A stretch of DNA of 64,000 nucleotides from an uncultured bacterium (GTDB taxonomy: Bacteria > Patescibacteriota > Minisyncoccia > UBA6257 > 2-01-FULL-56-20), in assembly GCA_963705915.1 (NCBI GenBank), contig OY970126.1:623893-687892 (forward strand), read 5' to 3'. The notes below the pieces were generated by a model. That model was given only the letters and a program-made list of their open reading frames with translations. It was not told the origin of the DNA and made no database searches. Shown here piece by piece: positions 48,397 to 58,156 of the stretch; the first letter of the stretch is position 1, and each line of letters starts with the position of its first letter. Both the position numbers and the translations under genes were made by a program.

Positions 48397-48621
48397 TCAG
48401 TTTTCTGATGCAAGTTGGCTGCGCTGTTTACGGAATCGTTTCCAAAGGATTACGACTACGATAAAGAAAGCGCCTATCCAACCCACGATCTTATTGTCCG
48501 GGACGAAGAACAACCTCGTGGCGATCAATAAGAGGAGCGTGATGGAACAGAGTACAAGCCCCCATTTAACAGAGAACATTTTCCACCATCCTGATTTTGT
48601 TTTAGACTCAGTCAAGACCAC
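48397..48621 (-). CDS. Small hypothetical membrane protein (74 aa)
   Basis: Two hydrophobic helices; an overlapping plus-strand ORF is less protein-like. Confidence 0.35.
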   Translation of the reverse strand: MVLTESKTKSGWWKMFSVKWGLVLCSITLLLLIATRLFFVPDNKIVGWIGAFFIVVVILWKRFRKQRSQLASEN

Positions 48622-48637
48622 CTCCGTTGTAGCTACC

Positions 48638-49426
48638 TCAGTTGCCGTAATCGCCGGACAGAATCATAGTGCCGCCGACAATGCCGCATACCCCGCCGAC
48701 AATTTCCAATCCGGGCACCATTGCGAAGATCATGCCCATAAGAAGGAGGCCGTCGGCAACTTTCGTGTAGGTGTCGACATCGCGGTAGACGAAGCGCAGG
48801 CGGCCAGTCGATGCGATTCTCATCAACGCGCCCGACGTATTATTGTTGTACTGATACGCCGCGTACTTCGCCTTGTTATTCGGAGCATTTGGCCCCTGCA
48901 GCTCTGCTTCGTTTGCGAGTTGCTGGATATAGGCGACCATCTGAAGGATGGTACCCTTAACGCCATATTGCTGGATGAACGCGACAGCTTGCTGCCTGTT
49001 CGCCGCGCCCATACCGGGAAGCATTGTCCCGTTGAGGTAACTTGTCGGGATTACACTTCCGAAGCTTAGTGCTTGTTCGTTTTCCGCCGTAGCGTCGTCA
49101 GCGTTTTGTATTTGGGACACGTGACTGTTGAAATACGTTTGGGCTTGAGTGAGGACCGAGGCGTTGGCCGGGTCATTAACCCAAGCTTGGAGTTCGTTCG
49201 CGGCAACGGTAAGTTCCGCCTTTGTTGGGGCTTGGCCGTTGTAGGCTGGATTGCCGACGCTGACGTGCGCGAGCATAGTGGGTTGATAGTATATGCCGCC
49301 GCCAGGGCCGTTACACGTCGGTGGACAACCGTCTTTTCCCTCCTCCGCCAGTGCGATATTGGCGTTAAACGTCACAAAGAGGATTGACCACACACAAACT
49401 ACAGGCAATACCTTTTTGAACATCAT
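48638..49426 (-). CDS. Secreted hypothetical protein (signal peptide) with a C-terminal hydrophobic segment
   Basis: N-terminal signal MMFKKVLPVVCVWSILFVTFNANIALA; protein-like composition, unlike the overlapping plus-strand ORF 48380..49069. Confidence 0.5.
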   Translation of the reverse strand: MMFKKVLPVVCVWSILFVTFNANIALAEEGKDGCPPTCNGPGGGIYYQPTMLAHVSVGNPAYNGQAPTKAELTVAANELQAWVNDPANASVLTQAQTYFNSHVSQIQNADDATAENEQALSFGSVIPTSYLNGTMLPGMGAANRQQAVAFIQQYGVKGTILQMVAYIQQLANEAELQGPNAPNNKAKYAAYQYNNNTSGALMRIASTGRLRFVYRDVDTYTKVADGLLLMGMIFAMVPGLEIVGGVCGIVGGTMILSGDYGN

Positions 49427-49528
49427 TGGTGTCTCCGTTTCTGCTTCGATATTACGAAGCCGTACGTATTAAATTGGAGTACTCAAACTGGCCTTCTTAT
49501 ACCAAGCCCCGTCCGTAAAGTCAATGAG

Positions 49529-51727
49529 CTACTCAGTAGGGCTGCTCGAAGTCGTTATGCTCCCGGTGTTTTCGTTGGATTGGCTCGTTAGAATCCATGG
49601 GTTATTTGAAACCCAATTCTGTACGTCGGCTTCCCAGTCGCGGAATTGCGGGTCGTTGTTCGGATCGACCGGCGGCGCGCCCGCTGGGTCGTTTTTTACG
49701 ACGTAATAGAGCGTCGAATGGATTTGCCCATCGATAAGGTATTGCCCGGCGAGGATCGGCTTCGGTTCAGAAGGCGGATTCGGCGCGGTGAACGTTGTGT
49801 TCGGCACCATGGGTAGCGCTTGTGTCATGAACGCGCTCCACATCGGGACGGCGGCCAAAATGCTCGAGCCCTGCGCTATCATCGGCGTGTTGTCGTTGTT
49901 GCCCGCCCATACCCCGACGACGATCGAGGGCGTGTAGCCCATAGACCAGGCGTCCCGATAATCGTTTGACGTTCCTGTTTTGAGCGCCACGTCGTAACCC
50001 GGGAATACGGTGAGGTTCTGGCTCGCGCCGAAAAGCGGCGCGCGGGCGTTCGGATCGGAAAGGATATCGTTCACGAGTTCAACGGACTGCTCGTCGGCAA
50101 CGGTGCTTGTTTGGTCTTGATACGACTCAAGGACATCGCCATTGCTGTCGGTCACGGAAAGCACCATCGATTGCTGATGCTTCACGCCGTTGTCCGCGAG
50201 GACCGAGTAGGCCTCGGTGAGGTCGATGAGGTGCACGGCACCGCCCCCGAGTACGAGCGACAAGCCGTACTGACTTGGGTTGGTGAGCGTCGTTACGCCG
50301 AAATTGGTGATGTTTTGGATGGCGTTTTGTTCGCCGACGAGATAGAGCATCTGTACGGCGGGCACATTCACCGATTGTGCGAGCGCATCGCGCACCGTGA
50401 TTGGGCCGGTGAACGTACTTTCAAAATTTTGCGGGTGATAGCAGTTCGAATTTATCACATTAAAATTCGGAACCGCTGGACAGGCTGGGTTCGTGCTGAA
50501 TTCCGTCGGAACATTGTAGAGAATCGTATCCGGCGTATAGCCCATTTGGAAGCCCGTGAGATACACAAATGGCTTGAGCGATGATCCCGGTTGGCGCAAG
50601 CCCTGTGTTGCAACGTCGAAATTGCCATCGTTCGCGGTGTCGAAATAATTTACGGAGCCGACGAGCGCAAGGATTTGCCCCGTCGTCGGGTCTTGCGCGA
50701 CGAGCGCGCCGTTCGTCGAGTCATAGAGCTGTTTATCGCGTGCAACGCCGGCGGTAACGGCCGCTTCGGCAGCTTGCTGCATCGGCCAGTTGAGCGTCGT
50801 GATCACGCTCAGTCCGCCGCGATCAACCATATTCTCGCCGTATTTGTCGTCAAGATATTGTTCGACGGCCATCACGAAGTGTGGTGCTTTAATGCCGCCG
50901 CCGATACCGCTCGCGGATTCTGGCTGGAAGGTAATTTTATAATTCAAAGCATCGGTGAGTTGCTGTTGAGTGATTTCACCCGCAGAATACATTTTTTCGA
51001 GCGTGAATCTTTGGCGGGCAAAAAGCTCGTCAGTATTACTGCCCCACGGCGAATAATACGAAGGCGCCTGCGGCAATGACGCGAGGAGCGCTGCCTCTGC
51101 GAGATTGATTTGCGTAACCGGAATGCCGAAGTAGGCCTCACTCGCCGTTTCAACGCCCGAAATATTCGGGCCATAGGGAACCTCGTTTAGATATAGGCCA
51201 AGAATTTGATCTTTTGAATAATAATTATTAAGGCGTACTGCGAGTATGAATTCTTTGAGTTTGCGGGTGAGCGTCTGGTCGAGCGTGAGGAATGCCGTGC
51301 GGGCGAGCTGCTGCGTGATTGTCGAACCGCCTTCTACAAAACTGTGATGGATAATATCTTCGTAGAATGCGCGAAGGATTCCTTTCCAGTCGAACGCCGG
51401 TTCGTTATAAAAATTTTCATCTTCGAGTTCCACGGTGGCGTCTTTGAGCGATTGGGGGATTTGGTCGAATGGCACAACGGTGCGGGTTGGTCCGTTGCTG
51501 ATTTGATACAGCAATACCGTGCCGGTGCGATCATAGATTTTTGTTGATTGGCTGATTTGCTGGCTTGAGATTTGCTGGATCGAGGGAACCGTTGCGGCGA
51601 AGTAGAGCGTTACGAGAAGGAGGACGCCAATCAGGGCGCCGAGAACTATGCCCGCGATGGTGAATATGCGGCCCCACATGCCCCGCTTGGGCTTTTCAGA
51701 TGGATAGGTGAAAGGCATACGTGCCAA
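49529..51727 (-). CDS. Penicillin-binding protein 1A (bifunctional glycosyltransferase/transpeptidase)
   Basis: N-terminal TM, GT51 motifs (...EDENFY..., ...GGSTITQQL...), transpeptidase SSLKPF, SVN and KTGTS motifs. Confidence 0.9.
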   Translation of the reverse strand: MARMPFTYPSEKPKRGMWGRIFTIAGIVLGALIGVLLLVTLYFAATVPSIQQISSQQISQSTKIYDRTGTVLLYQISNGPTRTVVPFDQIPQSLKDATVELEDENFYNEPAFDWKGILRAFYEDIIHHSFVEGGSTITQQLARTAFLTLDQTLTRKLKEFILAVRLNNYYSKDQILGLYLNEVPYGPNISGVETASEAYFGIPVTQINLAEAALLASLPQAPSYYSPWGSNTDELFARQRFTLEKMYSAGEITQQQLTDALNYKITFQPESASGIGGGIKAPHFVMAVEQYLDDKYGENMVDRGGLSVITTLNWPMQQAAEAAVTAGVARDKQLYDSTNGALVAQDPTTGQILALVGSVNYFDTANDGNFDVATQGLRQPGSSLKPFVYLTGFQMGYTPDTILYNVPTEFSTNPACPAVPNFNVINSNCYHPQNFESTFTGPITVRDALAQSVNVPAVQMLYLVGEQNAIQNITNFGVTTLTNPSQYGLSLVLGGGAVHLIDLTEAYSVLADNGVKHQQSMVLSVTDSNGDVLESYQDQTSTVADEQSVELVNDILSDPNARAPLFGASQNLTVFPGYDVALKTGTSNDYRDAWSMGYTPSIVVGVWAGNNDNTPMIAQGSSILAAVPMWSAFMTQALPMVPNTTFTAPNPPSEPKPILAGQYLIDGQIHSTLYYVVKNDPAGAPPVDPNNDPQFRDWEADVQNWVSNNPWILTSQSNENTGSITTSSSPTE

Positions 51728-51819
51728 ACATCATTTTACAATACTACGAAGGGTCTGGCGAAAAAGATTAAAAAAACTCCGCAGATGATGTGCGGAGTTT
51801 TTTGAGGAAACGAGCGTCG

Positions 51820-52008
51820 CTATTCTTCGAGCGCCGGTTCGTCGTCATCGTCACCGGCATCGCTCGCACCTGCGGAACCGCCGTCAACCTCGAGGTCATC
51901 ATCGTCATCTTCCTCGATGGTGTCGGGGTTATCAATACCCGCGTCCTCTTCGTCTTCGTCGCTCAAGCCACGAAAGGCGAGCGTGAGTTTGAATAATTCG
52001 GTTGTCAT
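51820..52008 (-). CDS. Small highly acidic hypothetical protein (62 aa, D/E-rich)
   Basis: ORF between ruvC and the PBP gene on the same strand; no clear RBS. Confidence 0.25.
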   Translation of the reverse strand: MTTELFKLTLAFRGLSDEDEEDAGIDNPDTIEEDDDDDLEVDGGSAGASDAGDDDDEPALEE

Positions 52009-52074
52009 TATTACGAGTAAACCAACGACCTTTCAATAATTTTTAGAATCAGTATAGAGAAGTGAGCGAACGTG

Positions 52075-52560
52075 TCAATTGCCTGCAGATGTGGATAACC
52101 TATCGTTCGCCGCCATAATCGCGAGGGCAAGGGCGTCGCTTGCGTCGTCGATCACTTTCAAGTCCGGTTTTTTCAGGATGAAACGCACCATTTTGAGTAC
52201 GGCCTTTTTGTCAGCGCTGCCATAGCCTGTCACGCCGCTCTTTACCTCGTTCGGCGCATATTCGCGAATCCGGAGACCTTGTTCTTCTGCGGTAAGGAGA
52301 ATGACGCCCCGCGCCTGCGCAACGGCAAGCGCCGTTTTCTGGTTTTTTGCGAAGAATAACTTTTCAACCGCAATCACATCGGGCTTATGTTTGGCGATGA
52401 GCTTATCGAGCGACTGCTTGATTTCAAGGAGTGCGCCCGGTTCGTCGGTTCTCGTGATAGACATGATGCCCGCCTCAACAAAAATCGCCTCGTGCGCCTC
52501 TTGGAGGATGACGCCATAGCCAACCCGCCGGGTTCCGGGATCAATGCCGAGAGCGATCAT
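52075..52560 (-). CDS. ruvC: Crossover junction endodeoxyribonuclease RuvC
   Basis: MIALGIDPGTRRVGYGVI... RNase H-fold resolvase with conserved acidic residues. Confidence 0.9.
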   Translation of the reverse strand: MIALGIDPGTRRVGYGVILQEAHEAIFVEAGIMSITRTDEPGALLEIKQSLDKLIAKHKPDVIAVEKLFFAKNQKTALAVAQARGVILLTAEEQGLRIREYAPNEVKSGVTGYGSADKKAVLKMVRFILKKPDLKVIDDASDALALAIMAANDRLSTSAGN

Positions 52561-52601
52561 GGATAATATACAAAACTTACCATTAAATATTTCTAAAAAT
52601 A

Positions 52602-53129
52602 TTAAAAGGTGGCATTCGTATGAACTTCCTGTACGTCATCATTGTCTTCAAGAGCTTCGAGAAGTCTTACAAGCTGATTTTTGTCCGCTTCTGGCAGATC
52701 CTGTGGAAATTTGGGATGCCACCCTGCGGAGGTTTTCTCGAAGGCCCATTGGACGCTGCCCGACTCGGCCCATTTGCCGTTGTGTTCTTTTAATATGGTT
52801 TTAATCTCTTGCACGGCGCGATTGCGATTGTCCGAAAGCGACTCGATCAAGATTGCAGAACCGCCGGGGCCGTACGCCTCGAAGAGCAGTTCGTCGAGAT
52901 TTTTACTGTCCGCCGCTTTTTTGATCGCGCGTTCGATATTTTCCGCAGGAACGCTCGCCTCTTTTGCTTTTGTGACGGCGGTCCGAAGCCGAGGATTAAA
53001 ATCGGGATTCGTTTCCGTCTTTGCAGCGGCGGAAATCGCGGCAAGAAGCTTCGAAAAAACCTTCGCGCGCTTCTGGTCTGTTATTTCTTTTTTATGTTTG
53101 ATTCCCGCCCAGTGGGAGTGTCCGGACAT
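52602..53129 (-). CDS. YebC/PmpR-family transcriptional regulator, short variant
   Basis: MSGHSHWAGIKHKKE...FEAYGPGGSAILIESLSDNRNR...DDVQEVHTN matches the YebC N- and C-terminal blocks, but at 175 aa lacks part of the middle domain. Confidence 0.7.
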   Translation of the reverse strand: MSGHSHWAGIKHKKEITDQKRAKVFSKLLAAISAAAKTETNPDFNPRLRTAVTKAKEASVPAENIERAIKKAADSKNLDELLFEAYGPGGSAILIESLSDNRNRAVQEIKTILKEHNGKWAESGSVQWAFEKTSAGWHPKFPQDLPEADKNQLVRLLEALEDNDDVQEVHTNATF

Positions 53130-53158
53130 GCTCGCATTATACGTTTTTCAGCGATACA

Positions 53159-54844
53159 ATGAAAGCAATGCACGACTTGCGGCCGAATGAACTTCAGGAA
53201 CGATTAAAGCAGCTCCACCGGGATGGCGAAGAGCGCGCGGCCCAACGGCTTGCTGCGCAGCTCAGCTTGACCTATGCCGACCTTTCAAAGACGCCGCTTT
53301 CGCTCGATGCGGTTCGTGTGATCCCCGAAGAGGATGCCCGGAATGCAAAAGCGATTGCAATCGAAATCAAAGGCAACCGCCTTGCGGTTGGAGCGGTGAA
53401 TCCAGCGCTCGCTGCAACGAAGGCTCTCATAAACGGGCTGACGGCCAAAAAATACGATGTGAAAGTCGCCGTAATATCCCCGGCGAGCCTTGAATCGGCC
53501 TGGCACTTTTATCAATTTATAAAACCGGAAGCCGACGTGATCACGGGCACGGTGAAGATTGCAAAGGATCGCCTCGAAACCCTTCGGGAACGACTCACTT
53601 CGATCGACGCGGTTCGCAACGAGATCGTGAAGAGCGATGTCCAAAAGATTTCCCCCGTAACGCTCATCGAGATCATTCTTGCCGGCGCGATGGGCATGCG
53701 GGCATCGGATATCCACACCGAAGCCGAAGATAAAAAAGCCAAAATCCGTTTTCGTATCGACGGACTACTCCATGACATTTTTGACGATCTACCACTGGCA
53801 ACGTACACGGCGCTTGTCCAGCGAATAAAATTGCTCTCCGGCATGAAGCTCAACGTCCGTGACCTCGCGCAAGACGGACGGTTTACGATTTCTCTTGGAG
53901 AAAAAGAAATTGAAATGCGTGTGTCGGTTATTCCAGCAGAATTTGGCGAGACGATCGTGATGAGGATTCTCGATCCCTCGGCCACCATGGTCGGTCTCGG
54001 CGATTTGGGATTGCGCGCCGACAACCTCGTGCTTGTCAAAAAAGAACTCGCGCGGCCGAACGGCCTCATTTTAAACACCGGCCCGACGGGCTCCGGAAAG
54101 ACGACAACCCTCTATGCGTTTTTGCGCACCATAAACGATCCTGAAATAAAAGTTATCACGCTTGAGGACCCGATCGAATATCGGATTGAGGGAATTGAAC
54201 AGACGCAAGTCGATGAAGAATCCGGATATACATTTGCGAACGGTCTGCGTGCGATCGTGCGACAGGATCCCGACGTGATTCTCGTGGGCGAAGTCCGCGA
54301 TTTGGAAACCGCCGACATCGCGATGCAAGCGGCTTTGACTGGCCACCTCGTTTTTTCGACGCTCCACACGAACGACGCCGTGGGCGCCGTGCCCCGCCTC
54401 ATCAATTTGGGCGTGAAAGTTGAGAGCATCGGCCCGGCGTTATCGCTCGTGATCGCCCAACGGCTTGTTAGGGTTTTGTGCGCGGATTGTAAAAAGAAAA
54501 AAGCGCCCGATGCGACGCTCGCAGCAAAAATTAAAAATTTCTTAAGCCATTTGCCAGCCAAAGTGGACAAAACGCCGTATCAGGCGTATGAAATGTATGA
54601 GGCCGTCGGGTGTCCAAAGTGCAACGGCATTGGCTACCGCGGTCGCATCGGCATATTTGAATTTTTGGAAGGCGGCCCGGACCTCGAAAAGACGATTTTG
54701 AAGGAGGCCTCCGAAGTCGCCTTGCGCGAAGTGGCTCAAAAGCAGGAGATGGTCACCATGCAACAGGACGGGATCTTAAAAGTTCTACAGGGCCAGACGA
54801 CGCTCAGCGAAGTGGAGAGCGTGACAGGGGAGGTGGAGTGGTAG
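53159..54844 (+). CDS. GspE/PilB-family secretion ATPase (type IV pilus assembly ATPase-like)
   Basis: N-terminal GSPII-like domain, Walker A TGPTGSGKTTT, Asp box, His box, tetracysteine CPKCNGIGYRGRIG. Confidence 0.85.
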   Translation: MKAMHDLRPNELQERLKQLHRDGEERAAQRLAAQLSLTYADLSKTPLSLDAVRVIPEEDARNAKAIAIEIKGNRLAVGAVNPALAATKALINGLTAKKYDVKVAVISPASLESAWHFYQFIKPEADVITGTVKIAKDRLETLRERLTSIDAVRNEIVKSDVQKISPVTLIEIILAGAMGMRASDIHTEAEDKKAKIRFRIDGLLHDIFDDLPLATYTALVQRIKLLSGMKLNVRDLAQDGRFTISLGEKEIEMRVSVIPAEFGETIVMRILDPSATMVGLGDLGLRADNLVLVKKELARPNGLILNTGPTGSGKTTTLYAFLRTINDPEIKVITLEDPIEYRIEGIEQTQVDEESGYTFANGLRAIVRQDPDVILVGEVRDLETADIAMQAALTGHLVFSTLHTNDAVGAVPRLINLGVKVESIGPALSLVIAQRLVRVLCADCKKKKAPDATLAAKIKNFLSHLPAKVDKTPYQAYEMYEAVGCPKCNGIGYRGRIGIFEFLEGGPDLEKTILKEASEVALREVAQKQEMVTMQQDGILKVLQGQTTLSEVESVTGEVEW

Positions 54845-54845
54845 T

Positions 54846-54996
54846 GGATTTAAACCTGGGGGCAATTCCTCGTGAAAGGATAAAAAACCCTTCTATCGAA
54901 AGATAAAAGGGACTAGAATTACTCAAAGGATAGAACCAGCCGGAACCGGTTCGTCCTGAAAGATTTAGAAATAATTCCCGCCCCCAGATTTAAATC
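54846..54996. other. 151-bp element bounded by 24-bp terminal inverted repeats (GGATTTAAACCTGGGGGCAATTCC ... GAATTCCCGCCCCCAGATTTAAATC) with internal hairpins; MITE-like or structured RNA
   Basis: 17/17 bp with one mismatch plus a 6-bp extension across a GG bulge; inside are a TATC-GAAA-GATA hairpin and the 10-bp palindrome GAACCGGTTC. Confidence 0.55.
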
Positions 54997-55036
54997 AGCT
55001 ACTTTCTAAAGGAAATGATAGCATACATTATTTATC

Positions 55037-56056
55037 TTGTCAAGTAGACAAAAAATGAAGAAATCAGCAGAACATTCGAACCCCGACGACCGCGCTATAG
55101 ACCTCACATTAAGGCCGGCCGAGTGGGATGACTACATCGGCCAGGAAAAGATTAAAAATAACCTAAAAGTCATCCTTGAGGCAGCTAAAAAACGGAAAGA
55201 AGCTGCCGATCATCTTTTGTTTTCCGGTCCTGCAGGGCTTGGCAAAACGACGCTCGCGTATTTGGTTGCGCATGAACTTGGCGGGATGATTCGCACAACG
55301 TCCGGTCCGGCCCTCGAGAAAACCGGTGACCTCGCCGCGATCCTCACCAACCTCAGCCCAGGAGAAATTCTTTTTATCGACGAAGCGCATCGAGTGAACC
55401 CGATGATCGAAGAAGTGTTATATCCTGCGATGGAATCTCGGAAGTTGCACTTGGTGGTCGGCAAAGGGCCATCGGCACGGACGCTCACGCTCGACTTGCC
55501 GCCGTTCACGCTCATCGCCGCAACGACCCGGGAAAATTTGCTTTCGACGCCGCTCCGTTCGCGGTTCGGCGCGACACTGCGCCTCAATTATTACGACGTC
55601 GATGACATCAAAAAAATTGTGGAACGTTCGGCGAAGATTTTGAATGTCCACGCCTCCCCGGAAGCGATTGAAATTTTGGCGCGTGCTTCACGCGGAACGC
55701 CTCGCGTTGCAAACCGGTTGCTCCGCCGCGCCCGCGATTTTGCCGAAGTGCACGGCGCGAGCATCATCGATGAAGAAGCTGCGCGAAAGACACTTGAGAT
55801 GCTTGAAGTCGACGAAGCTGGCCTTGAACCGCAGGATCGGCGGCTTCTTTTGACGATCGTCGAAAAGTTCCACGGCGGCCCGGTCGGCATCAAGACGCTG
55901 GCCGCTGCATTATCCGAAGATCAAGGCGTGATAGAAGATATCTACGAACCATTCCTCATGACGCTCGGCTTTCTCCAGCGCTCCTCTGCCGGCAGGATCG
56001 TCCTCCCTGCCGCCTACAAGCATTTGAAGATCAAAGACGACGGCGAGCTTTTATAA
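55037..56056 (+). CDS. ruvB: Holliday junction branch-migration helicase RuvB
   Basis: Walker A GPAGLGKTTLA, ...ILFIDEAHR..., sensor motifs and the C-terminal winged helix. Confidence 0.95.
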   Translation: MSSRQKMKKSAEHSNPDDRAIDLTLRPAEWDDYIGQEKIKNNLKVILEAAKKRKEAADHLLFSGPAGLGKTTLAYLVAHELGGMIRTTSGPALEKTGDLAAILTNLSPGEILFIDEAHRVNPMIEEVLYPAMESRKLHLVVGKGPSARTLTLDLPPFTLIAATTRENLLSTPLRSRFGATLRLNYYDVDDIKKIVERSAKILNVHASPEAIEILARASRGTPRVANRLLRRARDFAEVHGASIIDEEAARKTLEMLEVDEAGLEPQDRRLLLTIVEKFHGGPVGIKTLAAALSEDQGVIEDIYEPFLMTLGFLQRSSAGRIVLPAAYKHLKIKDDGELL

Positions 56057-56083
56057 AAATTTAATGTGCGATGAGTAAAATCA

Positions 56084-56671
56084 TTGTTAAAAACAGTGAT
56101 CTATATAAACGAATGGTTTCCGAATCCGGTCGGGAGTGACGCGAGCGGCGAGTTCGTGGAACTATTTAACGCAGGAAATGCGCGCATAAATTTAGATGGC
56201 TGGTCGCTATGGACAGGCGGCAAAAGTAAGAAAGCGTCGCTCGACCACGAGGCGATTTCTGCGCGTGGCTATCTCGTCCTCAAAAAACCGCAGGTAAAAA
56301 TCTCTTTGAAAAACGCGAGCGGTGGATTATGGTTATATGGCCCAGCGGGCGCGCTCATCGATCACGCGGCGTTTGCGGGAGATGCGCCCGAAGGTAAAAG
56401 TTTTTCGCGCGTCGATTATAGTGCGGCGAACATCCAACATTTTGCATTTGTGGATCCCACGCCCGGCGCGCCGAATGAAACTATTAACAACGAGGTGAGC
56501 GTGCGAGCTTATCCGCAGGGCGTCCCGATCAATGTCCAGGTGAGCAGGGCGTCGCTCTTTGGCTTGATCCTCGGCGTTGCAGTTGTCATGCTTGCCGCAT
56601 GGGCCATCATTATTTATAAAAATGAAAACCTATCGAAGTTTATCTTCAAAAGAAACTCAGGCGCTCGGTAA
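56084..56671 (+). CDS. Lamin-tail-domain (LTD) protein with a C-terminal TM anchor
   Basis: INEWFPNPVGSDASGEFVELFNAG...DGWSL matches the LTD signature; hydrophobic C-terminus. Confidence 0.65.
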   Translation: MLKTVIYINEWFPNPVGSDASGEFVELFNAGNARINLDGWSLWTGGKSKKASLDHEAISARGYLVLKKPQVKISLKNASGGLWLYGPAGALIDHAAFAGDAPEGKSFSRVDYSAANIQHFAFVDPTPGAPNETINNEVSVRAYPQGVPINVQVSRASLFGLILGVAVVMLAAWAIIIYKNENLSKFIFKRNSGAR

Positions 56672-56687
56672 AAAAACTGCGAAGGAT

Positions 56688-57185
56688 ATGCTTCGCAGCG
56701 AGAAAAACAATCTCCGGAAAAAAAGTTCTCCAAAAAACGAACATGGCGCGGGCGCTGCGACATTCGCCCTCCAGGGAGATCTCGGCGCGGGGAAAACAAC
56801 CTTCGTTCAGGGATTTCTCGGCGGGCTGGGCCTCAAGAAGCACGCACAAAGCCCGACGTTTATTATCATGCGCCGACATGCGCTTGGAGACCGCGGGCGC
56901 CGCGGGTTCAAGCAGCGCACGGGACTGGCCCAAAGCGAGCTTAAAAATGTATTCCACGTTGACGCCTATCGATTGAGCAGCGCAAAGCATATGGAAATGT
57001 TGGATTTCAAAAATATCATGAGCGATCCGGAGAATGTTATTCTTATCGAATGGCCAGAACGGATCCGGAACATTTTGCCGAAAGATATTCAATGGATTAC
57101 ATTTCGCCATGGCAAAAAACCGAATGAGCGAACCATCGTTTTCCGGTCCGCGCCGCGCTCGTCACTAAGAAAGATTAAAAAATAA
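56688..57185 (+). CDS. tsaE: tRNA threonylcarbamoyladenosine biosynthesis protein TsaE
   Basis: ALQGDLGAGKTTFVQG...SPTF...HVDAYRL...LIEWPE; start set at MLRSEK after the LTD stop, although the track ORF starts earlier. Confidence 0.75.
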   Translation: MLRSEKNNLRKKSSPKNEHGAGAATFALQGDLGAGKTTFVQGFLGGLGLKKHAQSPTFIIMRRHALGDRGRRGFKQRTGLAQSELKNVFHVDAYRLSSAKHMEMLDFKNIMSDPENVILIEWPERIRNILPKDIQWITFRHGKKPNERTIVFRSAPRSSLRKIKK

Positions 57186-58135
57186 TGAAGCATCTGCTCC
57201 TCATCGACGCCAATTCATTAATTCATCGTTCGTTTCACGCACTACCCCCCTTCACAACGCCGGAAGGCAAACCCTCAGGCGCGATTTACGGCATCGCGAG
57301 CATCTTGATAAAACTGTGGCGGGAAGAGAAACCGGATTACGTCGCCTCACTCTACGATCGGCCCGAGCCCACATTCCGCGACAAGAAATACAAAGAGTAC
57401 AAAGCTCAGCGCCCGCCGGCCGCGGACGATCTCATTGCACAGATCATCGAAGCGCACAATCTTTTTCACTCGTTCGGGATAAAAACGTTCGAGAAGCCGG
57501 GATACGAGGCCGACGATCTCATCGCCACGTTTTCGGAAAAATTTAAAGGAGCAGAAAATCTTCAAGTTGTTATATTGACTGGCGACCGCGACACATTGCA
57601 ACTCGTGGAAGACGATCGCGTCGTGATAAAAACGTTCAACAAAGGCGTGAGCGATACCACGATCTATAACGAGCAAGCAGTGGAAGCAAAATATGGACTC
57701 AAACCTTCACAACTCATTGATTACAAAGCGCTCGTCGGCGATCCGTCGGACAACATCAAAGGGGTTCCCGGCGTCGGTCCCAAGACGGCAACCGATCTCA
57801 TTAAAAAATTTGGCACCGTAAAAAATATGTTCGCGAGACTGCACGAAGATCCGAAGCTTGAGGCAAAATACGGCGGATTCAAAAAAGAGGCCGAGCTTTC
57901 GGAAGAGCTTGTGACGCTCGAACGACACGTTCCGATCGAAATGCCAATGCTCGATGACCTCGCGCCAGGCGAAGCCTCGGATGCGATAACGAGCTATTTC
58001 CAATCGATGGGATTCGTGACGCTCCTTAAGCGATTCTTGACGAACGGCGACGCAGAGCAGGGTGCAGAGACTGCGAAGTCCAAGAAAACACCCAAAAATC
58101 CAAAGCCAAAACCCCCGCAAAACCCGCTTTTTTAG
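57185..58135 (+). CDS. Standalone 5'-3' exonuclease (Pol I N-terminal/FEN-like domain)
   Basis: ...LLIDANSLIHRSFHA..., ...EADDLIAT..., ...GDRDTLQLV..., H3TH ...GVPGVGPKTA... Confidence 0.85.
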   Translation: MKHLLLIDANSLIHRSFHALPPFTTPEGKPSGAIYGIASILIKLWREEKPDYVASLYDRPEPTFRDKKYKEYKAQRPPAADDLIAQIIEAHNLFHSFGIKTFEKPGYEADDLIATFSEKFKGAENLQVVILTGDRDTLQLVEDDRVVIKTFNKGVSDTTIYNEQAVEAKYGLKPSQLIDYKALVGDPSDNIKGVPGVGPKTATDLIKKFGTVKNMFARLHEDPKLEAKYGGFKKEAELSEELVTLERHVPIEMPMLDDLAPGEASDAITSYFQSMGFVTLLKRFLTNGDAEQGAETAKSKKTPKNPKPKPPQNPLF

Positions 58136-58156
58136 TGCTATTATTAAGGAAAGGGC

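Noticed and set aside
48380-49069. Plus-strand 229-aa ORF after dnaN
   Set aside because: It overlaps a minus-strand gene that has a clear signal peptide and better composition, so it was judged the shadow ORF.
54870-54970. c-di-GMP-I (GEMM) riboswitch inside the inverted-repeat element
   Set aside because: CGAAAG and GGGAC fragments are present, but the downstream GCAAAGCC receptor context and the second hairpin do not match the GEMM consensus, and the downstream gene ruvB is an implausible target.
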